DNA of 64,000 bases, from NCBI GenBank assembly GCA_951812955.1, contig OX638340.1, positions 2,304,001 through 2,368,000 on the forward strand, written 5' to 3'. Numbering within the stretch: position 1 is the first letter of the stretch; the number at the start of each line of letters is the position of its first letter. This stretch comes from an uncultured Gemmatimonadota bacterium (lineage in GTDB: Bacteria > JAAXHH01). Below, piece after piece: positions 47,694-57,136 of this stretch. The position numbers were made by a program, and so were the translations under genes. The notes below the pieces were generated by a model. The model saw only the letters and a list, made by a program, of their open reading frames with translations, had not been told where the DNA came from and ran no database searches.

Positions 47694-48029
47694 CTATTCC
47701 AAGTAGAATACCTGCTCCAGCGGCACCATGTTCTCGTCGGCGTGCTTGCCGCCGAGGTTCTCGAAGTAGGGCGCCATGAACTCCTGCCATCGCGTGTTGA
47801 CGTCTTTTTCGGCCATGGTGGCCAGCGCTTTCTCGAAATCCGGTGTCTCGCAATATCCGAAGAGCAGCCCGTCCTCGCGCATGAAAAGCGAGTAGTTGTG
47901 CCATCCCGCTTCACGCAGGGCGTCCAGCAACTCCGGCCACACCTCCCGGTGGTGCTTCTTGTAGTCTTCGATCATGCCTTCCTTGACCTTCAGGATGAAT
48001 CCCACCCTTTGCATGGCGATCTCCTTCAT
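47694..48029 (-). CDS. rhaM: L-rhamnose mutarotase
   Basis: 111-aa YiiL/RhaM family: ...VGFILKVKEG...YKKHH..VWPEL...GW.NYSLF... signature. Confidence 0.85.
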   Translation of the reverse strand: MKEIAMQRVGFILKVKEGMIEDYKKHHREVWPELLDALREAGWHNYSLFMREDGLLFGYCETPDFEKALATMAEKDVNTRWQEFMAPYFENLGGKHADENMVPLEQVFYLE

Positions 48030-48065
48030 GCTTCGCGCATTATGCCTTGTAACTGACTATTTCTG

Positions 48066-48926
48066 TCACGCCTCGTGCTTGTAACTGACTATCTCGATGT
48101 TCTCGTGGTCCGACCTGCGGGCCCGCTCGAGGGCGTAGGACGTGACCGGGAAATAATAGTGGGTTTCGGCGTTGAGCGAAATGAACCCCTCGGCGTAGGC
48201 GACGTTTCCCGCGCTGCCGAAAGCGCCATCGGAGGTCTCGATGCGTTTCCGCGCGTACGCGCCGCCGTAGCCCTGGCTCACGAGGGCGTCCAGCGAAGCC
48301 AGTTTTTTGTCGACCACGTCGGTGATATCGATGAAAACGTCGTTGTAATACCCGCCGCGGGCGTCCCACACGTTGCGCGGAAGACTCGCCGCGCCGCATC
48401 CCCAATAAAACACCTGTGCGACCTGGTGGGGCGGACGCCGGTCGCCCGGGTCGACGGAGCCGGCCAGTCCCATGGCGAGCATCACAATGCGGCCGGCCAC
48501 GGCGTGGGGGTTCCACGTGCCCCCGCCCTCGTCGGGGAAATGGGTGAGGATGATGTCCGGCTTCAATTCTCGCAGCAGGCGGGCAAGCTGGCGTACGATC
48601 GGCTTCTCGGGCAGCAGTACCGCGTCGTCGGCGCCCAGGAAATAGACGTCTTCCACACCGAGGGCGCGGCAGGCCGAGCGCACTTCTTCCGCCTTCACGT
48701 CGGACCGTTCCGCCATCATCTGTTTCAGCGTTTCCCCCTCCGGCACCTCCTCCGCGTGGAACATCTCGTCGCTGATCACCTTGTCGTGCACGCGGGCCCC
48801 ATGGGTCAATACCACGCAACCTACCCAGTCTCCCCTGGCCGCATGATGGGCCATGGCGCCGCCTGATTGATCGAAAATGTCGGCCGGATGAGCGCCGATG
48901 GACAATATCCGAAGCCGATCACTCAT
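48066..48926 (-). CDS. PIG-L/LmbE-family N-acetylglucosaminyl deacetylase
   Basis: N-terminal ILSIGAHPADIFDQSGGAMA (HPDDE-type motif region). HxxH is downstream. Confidence 0.8.
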   Translation of the reverse strand: MSDRLRILSIGAHPADIFDQSGGAMAHHAARGDWVGCVVLTHGARVHDKVISDEMFHAEEVPEGETLKQMMAERSDVKAEEVRSACRALGVEDVYFLGADDAVLLPEKPIVRQLARLLRELKPDIILTHFPDEGGGTWNPHAVAGRIVMLAMGLAGSVDPGDRRPPHQVAQVFYWGCGAASLPRNVWDARGGYYNDVFIDITDVVDKKLASLDALVSQGYGGAYARKRIETSDGAFGSAGNVAYAEGFISLNAETHYYFPVTSYALERARRSDHENIEIVSYKHEA

Positions 48927-49147
48927 GTAGATACACTCATTCTTCGAAAGGGCGCAATCAACAGGTGTTACGGGTATGTTGTACGCTTGACTGTGGCCGA
49001 TTGAAAGGCTTTCTTGTCCCAGGCTACCGACGGGCCGGATGGTCGGAGACGACGAGGGATTCCGGTTTCGGCGGTGCCTGTAGTTTCGATATCCCGGAAT
49101 ATAGATCGTCGCACCTGCCCGTCAACAGGATTTTCCACAGGGCGCCC

Positions 49148-50377
49148 ATGCTCGCGCGGCTTGGCTCACGCTGGAAAGCGGCCGGTCTGCTTTCCATTAC
49201 CGATTTCCGTTACCTCTGGATATCCAGCAGCATCTGGTGGCAGACGCGCTGGATGGATGAGCTGATCGTCGGCTGGGTCGTGCTGGAGCTGACCGACTCG
49301 GCCGGGATGGTGGCGCTGGTCAGTTTCTGCCGCATGGCGCCGTTCATGCTCTTCGGCCCTTTCTTCAGCACCGTGGTGCGGTACGTGAGCTACCGGTGGC
49401 TGATCGTCAACGCCCAGTTTATCAACTGTACCGTCAGCGGCCTCTTCTGGGCCCTCGCCTTCTTCGGCGATCTCGCCTTCTGGCACATCGTCGTCGGTTC
49501 CATCCTCATCGGCATGGGCAGCGCCTACGACTGGTCCTCCCGCCGGGCGCTCATCCCGGACCTGGTAGGCAAGGACCGGACGACGGACGCCATGGTCATG
49601 GAGACGGTACCGCAGAACATCTCACGGCTGATCGGGCCGCTCATGAGCGGCATCCTGCTCGAGTTTACAGGTACGAAGGGGGGATTCCTTGCCCTCTTCC
49701 TCCTTCAGATCGTCCAGATCGCCGTCATCGTCCGGCTTTCCTCCGACACGGACCGAACCGACCGGAAGAAGAGCCGGCTGGCCCCGTGGAAGGACCTGCT
49801 GCTCGCCTACCGGTATTCCCGCCGGAACCCCCGGATCTCGGGCGTGCTGATCATCACCTTCCTCATGAACGCCTTCGCCTTCTCCTACCAGGTGCTGCTG
49901 CCCGTTTTCGTGCGGGACGTCCTCTTCCTGGGCCCCATGGAACTGGGCCTCCTCGGCGCGGGCACCGGGATCGGATCGATCTTGGGCATCGCCCTGATAG
50001 ACCGACTGGGCAGGTACTACCGGGAAGGCATCATCTTCACCATCAGTTCCCTGCTCAACGCCGTGGCCACGCTGATATTCGCCCTCTCCATGTCATTTTC
50101 CCTCTCCCTGGCCATGCTGATCCTGGTAGGCATCGGCCAGACCGGGTTCAGCATCATGCAGTCTTCGATCATTCTCCGCTCCTCCATAGACGCCATGCGG
50201 GCCCGGGTCATGGGCCTGCTCGTGCTCGCCATCGGCGGAGGTCCGCCGGGACGGCTGCTGGTCGGTTCGCTGGCCGGCGTCGTCGGCGCGCCCCTTGCCC
50301 TGGCTACATGCGCCGGGGTTGCCAGCATGGGCGTCGTGAGTGTGCTGTGGCGGTTGGGGGGAATGCGGCGAAATTGA
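49148..50377 (+). CDS. MFS transporter
   Basis: 12-TM hydropathy. A DR/K motif follows TM2 (..GPFFSTVVRYVSYRW..). The start was chosen at an internal Met preceding TM1. The tracked 5' extension is likely non-coding. Confidence 0.75.
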   Translation: MLARLGSRWKAAGLLSITDFRYLWISSSIWWQTRWMDELIVGWVVLELTDSAGMVALVSFCRMAPFMLFGPFFSTVVRYVSYRWLIVNAQFINCTVSGLFWALAFFGDLAFWHIVVGSILIGMGSAYDWSSRRALIPDLVGKDRTTDAMVMETVPQNISRLIGPLMSGILLEFTGTKGGFLALFLLQIVQIAVIVRLSSDTDRTDRKKSRLAPWKDLLLAYRYSRRNPRISGVLIITFLMNAFAFSYQVLLPVFVRDVLFLGPMELGLLGAGTGIGSILGIALIDRLGRYYREGIIFTISSLLNAVATLIFALSMSFSLSLAMLILVGIGQTGFSIMQSSIILRSSIDAMRARVMGLLVLAIGGGPPGRLLVGSLAGVVGAPLALATCAGVASMGVVSVLWRLGGMRRN

Positions 50378-50500
50378 TGGTTGGGCCGCCGCGGAGAAAT
50401 TGATGGACGCGGCATAATTGACGGGCGCGGGAATTGTGGGACGCGGAGAGACCGGCGCGGAATGATGGGCGCGGGAATTTGACGGGCGCGGCGGCCGCGG
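50378..50500. repeat. Five to six degenerate tandem copies of the MFS gene 3' end (...gcggcgaaattga) filling the convergent intergenic region
   Basis: ggccgccgcggagaaattga / ggacgcggcataattga / cgggcgcgggaattgtg / ...ggcgcggaatgatg / ggcgcgggaatttga / cgggcgcggcggccgcgg. Confidence 0.7.
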
Positions 50501-51883
50501 CTACCTGAGCCAGCCCATACGGTCCTTGCGCCAGCCCAGCCTGTCGAGATGATTTGCGCGGATGGCCTCGATATGCCGGGTGTGCAGTGCCTGCTTCTCC
50601 TCGGTCCACCTGTATTCCTCCAGGCGATCGGCATCGAGCTCGACCCCCAGCCCGGGTCCCTCGGGAACGCGCAGGCACCCGTCCTCGTAGCGCATCTTGC
50701 CGCCCTCGATGACGTCGCCGACCCACTGGTTGTAATGGGCGTCGATTCCGTGCAGCGACATGGGCATGGTCCCGTTGCCGTGTACGATGTGGTAGGGGAT
50801 GTTGTAAGGGAAGGAGAAGGCGGCCACGTGGAGGCGAATGGCCGTGCCCGGGCCCAGTTCGTAGGCGCTGTGCATGCCCAGTTCCATGCCCATGTACCGG
50901 GCGGTGTCGTAATAACGCTTCAGGGAAAGCGGCCCGGCGTAGGCGTCCGGCGCGGAAACGTCGGCGGGCACGTGGCGGCGCATGACATCGAGATCCAGCG
51001 GCTGGTCCAGGGTCTCGTCGCCGTAACGGCCGGAAACCGGGGCGCCGTAGGGACGAGGCGCCGCGTCCCGCTTCAGCGGCGGTAGCCAGGCGTGGGAGGA
51101 TATGGGTATGCTGCTCATGTGGCGCAGGCGGTGGCCGGCGCGGAAGATGTTCTCGAACCGGCCGCCCACCGGTTCCTCGATCCATTCTATCCGGCAATCA
51201 TCGACGCCCTGCATGAACCTGAGCGCCTCGTTCTCGCTCCAGGACGCGTGGGGATCGACGCGGATATCCACGTCGTAACCCACCAGGTCGCGGATATTGT
51301 GCACGAGTTCGATGTATCGCACGGGCTCGAAGTCGCACATGGACAGCTTGATAATGCGGAATGTCTCGTCCTCCATGAGCGACTTCACGTGCCGGGGATA
51401 GGTGTCGAAGGTCACTTCGTTCTCGCCGTTGACGTCAGGGAAACGGTACCAGGTATAGGCCGCGATGGGGATCTTCGTAACAAGGGGTGTATCGAGGTCG
51501 AAGACGTCGCGCAGGTACCGGTAGAGGGGCTTGCCCGCGATCTTGCCGGCGAAGTCCCAGTAGGCGAGACCCAGCAGGCCCCGAATTTCCGGATCGAAGG
51601 GGTTTTTACCCAGGACCTGGGAACGCAGCTCGTCGGCCTCGCTGGAAGAGCCTTCGGCCACGCCCACCAGGCCCTGGTTTGTTTCGAATTCGGCGAAAGA
51701 GAACCCCTCGGCAGACCCGTCCCATCGCTTCGTGCCCCGCCACGGCATCAAAACCCGCCAGGTCCGCACGTCCGTGATTTTCAGCCCGGCCGCCCGTCCG
51801 TTTTCGTTAATCAGATCCTGCCGGGCCTTGATGTCCGCCACGTTCTCCCGGTCGAAGGCGGCGATGGCGTCCACGTTATACAT
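50501..51883 (-). CDS. Enolase-superfamily (mandelate racemase/muconate lactonizing enzyme-like) protein, possibly a sugar-acid dehydratase
   Basis: Length ~460 aa. The assignment rests on overall MR/MLE-like pattern similarity. The specific function is inferred only from context. Confidence 0.5.
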   Translation of the reverse strand: MYNVDAIAAFDRENVADIKARQDLINENGRAAGLKITDVRTWRVLMPWRGTKRWDGSAEGFSFAEFETNQGLVGVAEGSSSEADELRSQVLGKNPFDPEIRGLLGLAYWDFAGKIAGKPLYRYLRDVFDLDTPLVTKIPIAAYTWYRFPDVNGENEVTFDTYPRHVKSLMEDETFRIIKLSMCDFEPVRYIELVHNIRDLVGYDVDIRVDPHASWSENEALRFMQGVDDCRIEWIEEPVGGRFENIFRAGHRLRHMSSIPISSHAWLPPLKRDAAPRPYGAPVSGRYGDETLDQPLDLDVMRRHVPADVSAPDAYAGPLSLKRYYDTARYMGMELGMHSAYELGPGTAIRLHVAAFSFPYNIPYHIVHGNGTMPMSLHGIDAHYNQWVGDVIEGGKMRYEDGCLRVPEGPGLGVELDADRLEEYRWTEEKQALHTRHIEAIRANHLDRLGWRKDRMGWLR

Positions 51884-52295
51884 GGTCGTTTCCCTCTTCG
51901 TATGGATTCAACGTCTCCACGCCGAGCCGGTCATAGACTTGCGGATTCCCGGTGACCACAATCAGCCGGTGCAACACGGCCGTCGCCGCGATCATGGCGT
52001 CTGTCATCCGGGTATTCCATCGCCGGTACAGGAGCCTTCCCCACACGCGGAAGGCGGCCGGATCCATGGGAAGAATACGGTGGGTATCGACCATCTTTCC
52101 CAGCCAGGACTCCAGTTCCGCCGCTTCGGAGGCATCCTTTACGCGGGAAAACTCGATACCCGTCTGGATCTCGCCCACGGTCACGGCGGAAAGATACACA
52201 TGATCGGGGGCGACTCCCGAAAGCCACCCCAACACACGCTGGTGCGGCTGTTTTCGGCGTAGTTCCGATACGACTTCCGTATCGAGGAGATACAT
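51876..52295 (-). CDS. vapC: Type II toxin VapC (PIN-domain ribonuclease)
   Basis: Start MYLLDTEVVSEL (PIN Asp at position 5). ...TDAMIAATA... and TGN motifs are present. Paired with an upstream antitoxin gene. Confidence 0.8.
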   Translation of the reverse strand: MYLLDTEVVSELRRKQPHQRVLGWLSGVAPDHVYLSAVTVGEIQTGIEFSRVKDASEAAELESWLGKMVDTHRILPMDPAAFRVWGRLLYRRWNTRMTDAMIAATAVLHRLIVVTGNPQVYDRLGVETLNPYEEGNDHV

Positions 52296-52299
52296 GGGC

Positions 52300-52560
52300 T
52301 TATTCCATGCTCGTCTCGTCCCGTGTCCTGCTTTTCTCACGCAGTGGCGTCAGGGAGTCCGTACGCGCGTCGGGCGAGAGCAGCAGGTCTTTGAGGCCGG
52401 TTCTGGCCAATCGCTTCATCTGTTCCCACTTGTCGATGGAAACCAGGACCGCCTCCGCGACGCCCCGCCTGGTCACGATCTGAGGGCCCTCTTCCCGGCT
52501 CGTTTCCAGGAATTCGCTGAACTTTGCTTTCGCTTCCTGGACCTGCCAAGCCTTGCCCAT
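52300..52560 (-). CDS. Type II antitoxin, Phd/YefM-like
   Basis: 86 aa. The N-terminus WQVQEAKAKFSEFLETSREEGPQIVTRRGVAEAVLVSIDKWEQM matches the Phd/YefM consensus. The stop abuts the vapC start. Confidence 0.7.
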   Translation of the reverse strand: MGKAWQVQEAKAKFSEFLETSREEGPQIVTRRGVAEAVLVSIDKWEQMKRLARTGLKDLLLSPDARTDSLTPLREKSRTRDETSME

Positions 52561-52777
52561 AGAGTCTCCCGGATCGAAAGTTATATATACTAACTAGTCA
52601 GATAACTAGTTATTTACTGTATGTCAAGTGAAATTCGATCCGCTGCCGTTGCATACGCCACAAAGGGGGCACGGACTTATCCCTTGCCTTGTCGTTCCCG
52701 CCGGGTTTTATTCGAAGCTACGTACTCCCGAACACACTCGCTTGGTACGTGAACTTACACCTCAATACGGAAACGGC

Positions 52778-53581
52778 ATGACCACCGATACAATCCCCCT
52801 GGGTGGCAGGGTCGTTGAACCGGCGCAGATCGGTGAATGGGTCGATGCGTTCAACCGCCAGGGCTTCCTATTTCTGGAAAGCGTGTTGCCGCCCGACTGG
52901 TGCGAATCCCTGCGCAACGACCTGGAATACGGTCTTCGCGAGAACCCGAACGGTTTGAATTCAGTCAGCGAGAACATGGCGCTGTGCCACCGTATGTTCG
53001 AATTCAGCGAGACGAACCGCCGCCTTTTCGACCTCGAACCCATCGTCAGCTTCGCCGAGGCGCTTGTGGCCGAGAACTGCCACGTGATCCACAATAACTC
53101 CTTCGTCACCCGTCCCGGCGGTTTCTTCCGGTGGCACCAGGACGACGCGCCGCATTTCCTGCTGACGGACGGAGAGCCTCCGGAGAACATTCGTCTCCCG
53201 GTTCTCTTCTTCACGTGCAACTACTACCTGACCGACGTCACCGAACCCGAACACGGCGGTACGGAGGTCATACCCGGTTCCCACCTGTTCGGACGCCCCT
53301 GTCCCGATTCGCTGGAAGGGACGGAGTGGGAGGATCGGATTCACTACAACCTCGGTCCGGCCGGCAGCGTCACCATGTTCAACAACCAGGTCTGGCATCG
53401 CGGGGGGCCGAACCGGAGCGACCGGACGCGGTACATTACCCAGATCACCTACGCCCGACGGGTGATCGGCCATAAGTACTACCCCTTTATCAATTACACC
53501 ATGCCCGAACACGTGTACCGGGATGCCGATCCGCGCCGAAAACGCCTGCTCGGATTCCTGGATCACGGCGCGTACGGGTGA
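52778..53581 (+). CDS. Phytanoyl-CoA dioxygenase (PhyH)-family Fe(II)/2-oxoglutarate oxygenase
   Basis: HxD...H facial triad context (WHQDDAP...HRGGPN). PhyH-like length. Confidence 0.7.
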   Translation: MTTDTIPLGGRVVEPAQIGEWVDAFNRQGFLFLESVLPPDWCESLRNDLEYGLRENPNGLNSVSENMALCHRMFEFSETNRRLFDLEPIVSFAEALVAENCHVIHNNSFVTRPGGFFRWHQDDAPHFLLTDGEPPENIRLPVLFFTCNYYLTDVTEPEHGGTEVIPGSHLFGRPCPDSLEGTEWEDRIHYNLGPAGSVTMFNNQVWHRGGPNRSDRTRYITQITYARRVIGHKYYPFINYTMPEHVYRDADPRRKRLLGFLDHGAYG

Positions 53582-53735
53582 GCCGCGCGTCGGGGGATGC
53601 CGCGTTCGGGGGATGCCGCGGAGGAAAAAAGCGCGTCGAAAAATATGGCGTGACGGACAGTCCGCGCGGCCAGAGCTTGTTTGACAACGGGAAAAACCAC
53701 GCACAGAACGGAATTCGTAACTCGAGGAGATATGA

Positions 53736-54497
53736 ATGGGAACGATCCGCCAATCCATCTGCTTCGGATGCTTCAATCGAAACGGAGCCACCCCCGAATC
53801 TGTGATCCGGGAAGCCGCGCGAATCGGCTACGCTTCCGTGGAGATGCTGCCCCGGGAGCACTGGAACCAGGTCCGCGACGCGGGCATGGACATCGCCATC
53901 GTGGTGGGGCACGCCTCCCTGCCCGACGGCCTGAACAAGCCCGAGAACCATGACCGCATCGAGGACGAATTGCTGGCCAACATGGACCTGGCCGTCGAGT
54001 ACGGCATTCCCGGCCTGATCTGTTTCTCCGGCAACCGGGAGGGCAGGTCTGACGATGAAGGCCGTGACAACTGCATCCAGGGCCTGCTGCGCGTCGCGAA
54101 GGCCGCCGAGGAGAAGGGCGTCACGCTGAATATGGAACTGCTGAACAGCAAGGTGAACCATCCGGACTACCAGTGCGACTACACGGACTGGGGCGTGTCC
54201 GTCTGCGAGGGCGTCGGATCGCCTCGGGTCAAGTTGCTCTACGACATCTACCACATGCAGATCATGGAGGGCGATCTGATCCGGACGATCCGGGACAACA
54301 TCGAACACATCGGGCACTTCCACACCGCGGGCAATCCCGGCCGGAACGACATCGACGAAACGCAGGAGATCTATTATCCGCCCGTCATGCAGGCCATCGC
54401 CGAGACCGGTTATACCGGGTTCGTCGGCCACGAGTTCGTCCCGGTTGGCGACCCCCTGGCGGCGATGCAGGCGGCCTACGACACCTGCAACGTCTGA
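53736..54497 (+). CDS. Sugar phosphate isomerase/epimerase, hydroxypyruvate isomerase (Hyi)-like TIM barrel
   Basis: The N-terminus QSICFGCFN and the HFHTAGNPGRNDID (..H.H....P.R.E..) block are typical of Hyi/OtnI-like enzymes. Confidence 0.75.
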   Translation: MGTIRQSICFGCFNRNGATPESVIREAARIGYASVEMLPREHWNQVRDAGMDIAIVVGHASLPDGLNKPENHDRIEDELLANMDLAVEYGIPGLICFSGNREGRSDDEGRDNCIQGLLRVAKAAEEKGVTLNMELLNSKVNHPDYQCDYTDWGVSVCEGVGSPRVKLLYDIYHMQIMEGDLIRTIRDNIEHIGHFHTAGNPGRNDIDETQEIYYPPVMQAIAETGYTGFVGHEFVPVGDPLAAMQAAYDTCNV

Positions 54498-55409
54498 GTG
54501 GATTTCCCGTGCAATGAGCACTTTGATTTACACCGGTTGCGCCATTCGCGAAAGGATCCCATCCTGATCGTAGATACGCACGTACACGTCTGGGAGATCG
54601 ACCCGCCCCGGTACCCGGTGGGTCCCACCGCGCCGTCGTGGACTTCGGAGCCGGACGAACCCGGTACGGCGGATGAACTGGTCGCCGACATGGACGCCAA
54701 TGGCGTGGACATGAGCGTGCTGGTGCAGACTTCGTGGTCGACGTGGGACAATGGGTACATGTCCGATTCCGTGGCCCGTTTTCCCGACCGGTTCGTGGGG
54801 CATGGCCTGATCGACCCGCAGGATACGGCCGGCAACGCGGAACAGGTCCGCTACTGGATGGAGGAACGGGGCCTGGTTGGCTTCCGATTCCATCCCTTCT
54901 ACTATCCGGACGAGCAGATCCTCGTGAAAGCGTCCAACCGGCCCATGTGGGAAGAGCTCGCTTCGCGGGAAGCCGTGGTCCAGTTCCACATGAAGCCCTG
55001 GGACGCCGGTCAGATCGACGAGATCGCACGGCGCCATCCCAATTTGCCACTGATCATCGATCACATGGGATATCCCGACCCGGACGGCAGCATGGACGAC
55101 TTCCAGCCCATTCTGGAGCTGGCCCGTCATGAGCGGATGTTCGTGAAGATCTCCGATGTGAAGGGCCGGTCCCGGGCAGACTTCCCGTTCCGCGACGTTC
55201 ATCCCTACATCCGGGCGCTGCTTGACGCCTTCGGCGTGGAACGCGCCATGTGGGGTACCGGGTTTCCGGGCCATCACCGGGAGAAGCACAACTGGCTTTC
55301 GCTCGAAGATGAACTGCGCCTGGTCCGCGAGGGATACGACTTTCTGAACGACACGCAGAAGGACCGGTTGCTTGGGGGAACGGCGGTGGAGGTATGGGGG
55401 CTGGGGTGA
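54498..55409 (+). CDS. Amidohydrolase_2 (COG3618-type) TIM-barrel metal hydrolase, lactonase-like
   Basis: N-terminal DTHVHVWE metal site. C-terminal D...W after HPNLPLIIDHMGYPD. Confidence 0.75.
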   Translation: MDFPCNEHFDLHRLRHSRKDPILIVDTHVHVWEIDPPRYPVGPTAPSWTSEPDEPGTADELVADMDANGVDMSVLVQTSWSTWDNGYMSDSVARFPDRFVGHGLIDPQDTAGNAEQVRYWMEERGLVGFRFHPFYYPDEQILVKASNRPMWEELASREAVVQFHMKPWDAGQIDEIARRHPNLPLIIDHMGYPDPDGSMDDFQPILELARHERMFVKISDVKGRSRADFPFRDVHPYIRALLDAFGVERAMWGTGFPGHHREKHNWLSLEDELRLVREGYDFLNDTQKDRLLGGTAVEVWGLG

Positions 55410-55620
55410 CTGTGCACAGGCAATCCGGAAATAGGGAACCTCAGATCAACGAGCATTTACATGCAAATCTCGATACAGTCGTACCGGATTTCGACTATAT
55501 GGAATAAGGAAGTCAATACTGGGGGATGGCTGACCTGATTGGGATAGTCCCTTCAGGACCAGTCGTTCCCATGAACCGGGTGCGTGGAATGCGTCCGATT
55601 CATCAGAAGGAGGTAAGAAA

Positions 55621-55992
55621 ATGGGTGCGACCCATGTCAAGGTCAGGGTCACCAACCCCGCGGATGCGCAGAAGTACTGGGAGGGGATGTTCTTGGTAGA
55701 CACAGGCGCCACCGACACCCTGGTCCCCGGTCCGCATCTCGAAGGTATCGGTCTGAAGCCGGAGGCGACACGACTTTATGAGTTGGCGGACGGCAGCGAA
55801 ATCTCGGTGGATGTCACCGTGGCAATGCTTGAACTGATGCACGAGAAGGTCGGGGGTACGGTTATTTTTGGCGAACCTGGTGCCGAACCATTGCTCGGAG
55901 TCACCGCACTGGAATCCGCAGGCATTGAAGTGGACCCGGTCAATCAACGTTTGAAGAAACTCCCGTCCGTCCGGTTGAAAGCGATAGCGTAA
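55621..55992 (+). CDS. Retropepsin-like (clan AA) aspartic protease, bacterial single-domain form
   Basis: FLVDTGATDTLV carries the DTGA catalytic motif. Length ~123 aa is typical of Asp_protease_2 family proteins. Confidence 0.65.
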   Translation: MGATHVKVRVTNPADAQKYWEGMFLVDTGATDTLVPGPHLEGIGLKPEATRLYELADGSEISVDVTVAMLELMHEKVGGTVIFGEPGAEPLLGVTALESAGIEVDPVNQRLKKLPSVRLKAIA

Positions 55993-56049
55993 GAATCCCG
56001 CACGCACATGTACATAATAGTCTGGCGAGCCGGATGTGGAGCCTCTTCT

Positions 56050-56163
56050 AAGTGTTACCGCTCTGGATTCCGTCGGTATCGAGGTAGACCCGCTGATCCA
56101 GCAGACCCGCTGATCCAGCAATTGAAAAGGCTTCCCGCAGTTCTATTGAAAACAGTAGCATAA
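56050..56163 (+). pseudogene. Degenerate duplicate of the 3' ~100 bp of the retropepsin-like gene (with internal 17-bp duplication), ending in taa
   Basis: About 70% nucleotide identity to 55897..55992. gacccgctgatccagca occurs twice in tandem. Conceptual translation ..VTALDSVGIEVDPLIQQ.. mirrors ..VTALESAGIEVDPVNQR.. Confidence 0.6.
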
Positions 56164-56245
56164 TGCAGAATCCTCCCGTCTAGGCCGGGTCTGGCTTACC
56201 TGAGAGCTAGCCCGATAGGTGCTAAACGGTGCGACAGGGTACACC

Positions 56246-57136
56246 ATGGTCATCGACATCCACGCCCACGTCTTGCGCTGGCCGGTACTGAAGAAGTTTA
56301 ACAACGGCCTCCCCCTCATGTCGGCCGAGGAGCAAATCAGGCGCATGGACGAGAAGGGGATCGACAAGGCGGTCATCCTGCCCCTGACATCGGCCGAAGT
56401 GATCGGAGAGCCCCAGAGCATGGGCGAAGTCTTCGATATCTGCCGCCTGTATCCGGGAAGGTTCATCCCCTTCTGCGATTTCGACGTGCGGCGATACGAC
56501 CTGAACAGCCCGGACCGGTTCCGCGACGTGCTGGAGCAGTACGTGGCCCGCGGCGCCAGGGGCGTGGGGGAACTGACCTGCCGGGTGTACTGGGACGATC
56601 CCCGACTTTGGGATCTCTTCACGGCAAGCGAGGAACTGGGCCTGCCGGTGACCTTCCACACCTCGCCGCCCGAAGTGGTCACCTACGGGCTGATCGACGA
56701 GTTGGGGTTTCCCCGGTTTGAAAAAGCGCTGCAGCGGTTTCCGAGCCTTCGATTCTTCGGCCACAGCGCCTCCTTCTGGAGCGAGATCAGCGGCGACCTG
56801 ACGGCCGACCAGAAGGAAGGTTACCCCAAGACGCCCGTCGCGCCAGGGGGAACGATTCTCCGGCTGTTCAGGACCTATCCGAACCTGTGCGGCGATCTGT
56901 CCGCAGGCTCAGGGTTCAATGCGCTGACCCGCGACCCGGATTTCACCTACGAATTCCTGGATGAGTTCCAGGACCGCCTGATGCTGGGGCTCGATCACAC
57001 CGACGCCGAACTCGACTTCCAGCATATCGAATGGCTGCGGGCCCGGCGGGACGAGGGACACATCACCCCCGAAGTCTGTGAGAAGATCCTCTGGCGAAAC
57101 GCCGACCGGATCATCGGGTTGGGCATCGCCGAGTGA
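56246..57136 (+). CDS. Amidohydrolase_2 family metal-dependent hydrolase
   Basis: MVIDIHAHV N-terminal metal site. The pattern is TIM-barrel amidohydrolase. The 3' end ...IIGLGIAE* is partially repeated downstream (atggggttgggcatcgtgcaaggggtctga at ~57170-57205). Confidence 0.75.
   Translation: MVIDIHAHVLRWPVLKKFNNGLPLMSAEEQIRRMDEKGIDKAVILPLTSAEVIGEPQSMGEVFDICRLYPGRFIPFCDFDVRRYDLNSPDRFRDVLEQYVARGARGVGELTCRVYWDDPRLWDLFTASEELGLPVTFHTSPPEVVTYGLIDELGFPRFEKALQRFPSLRFFGHSASFWSEISGDLTADQKEGYPKTPVAPGGTILRLFRTYPNLCGDLSAGSGFNALTRDPDFTYEFLDEFQDRLMLGLDHTDAELDFQHIEWLRARRDEGHITPEVCEKILWRNADRIIGLGIAE

Noticed and set aside
34849-50500. Tandem repeat arrays considered as possible CRISPR arrays
   Set aside because: Units are 15-50 bp, directly adjacent with no unique spacers, degenerate, and derived from adjacent gene ends. 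No cas genes are present in the window.
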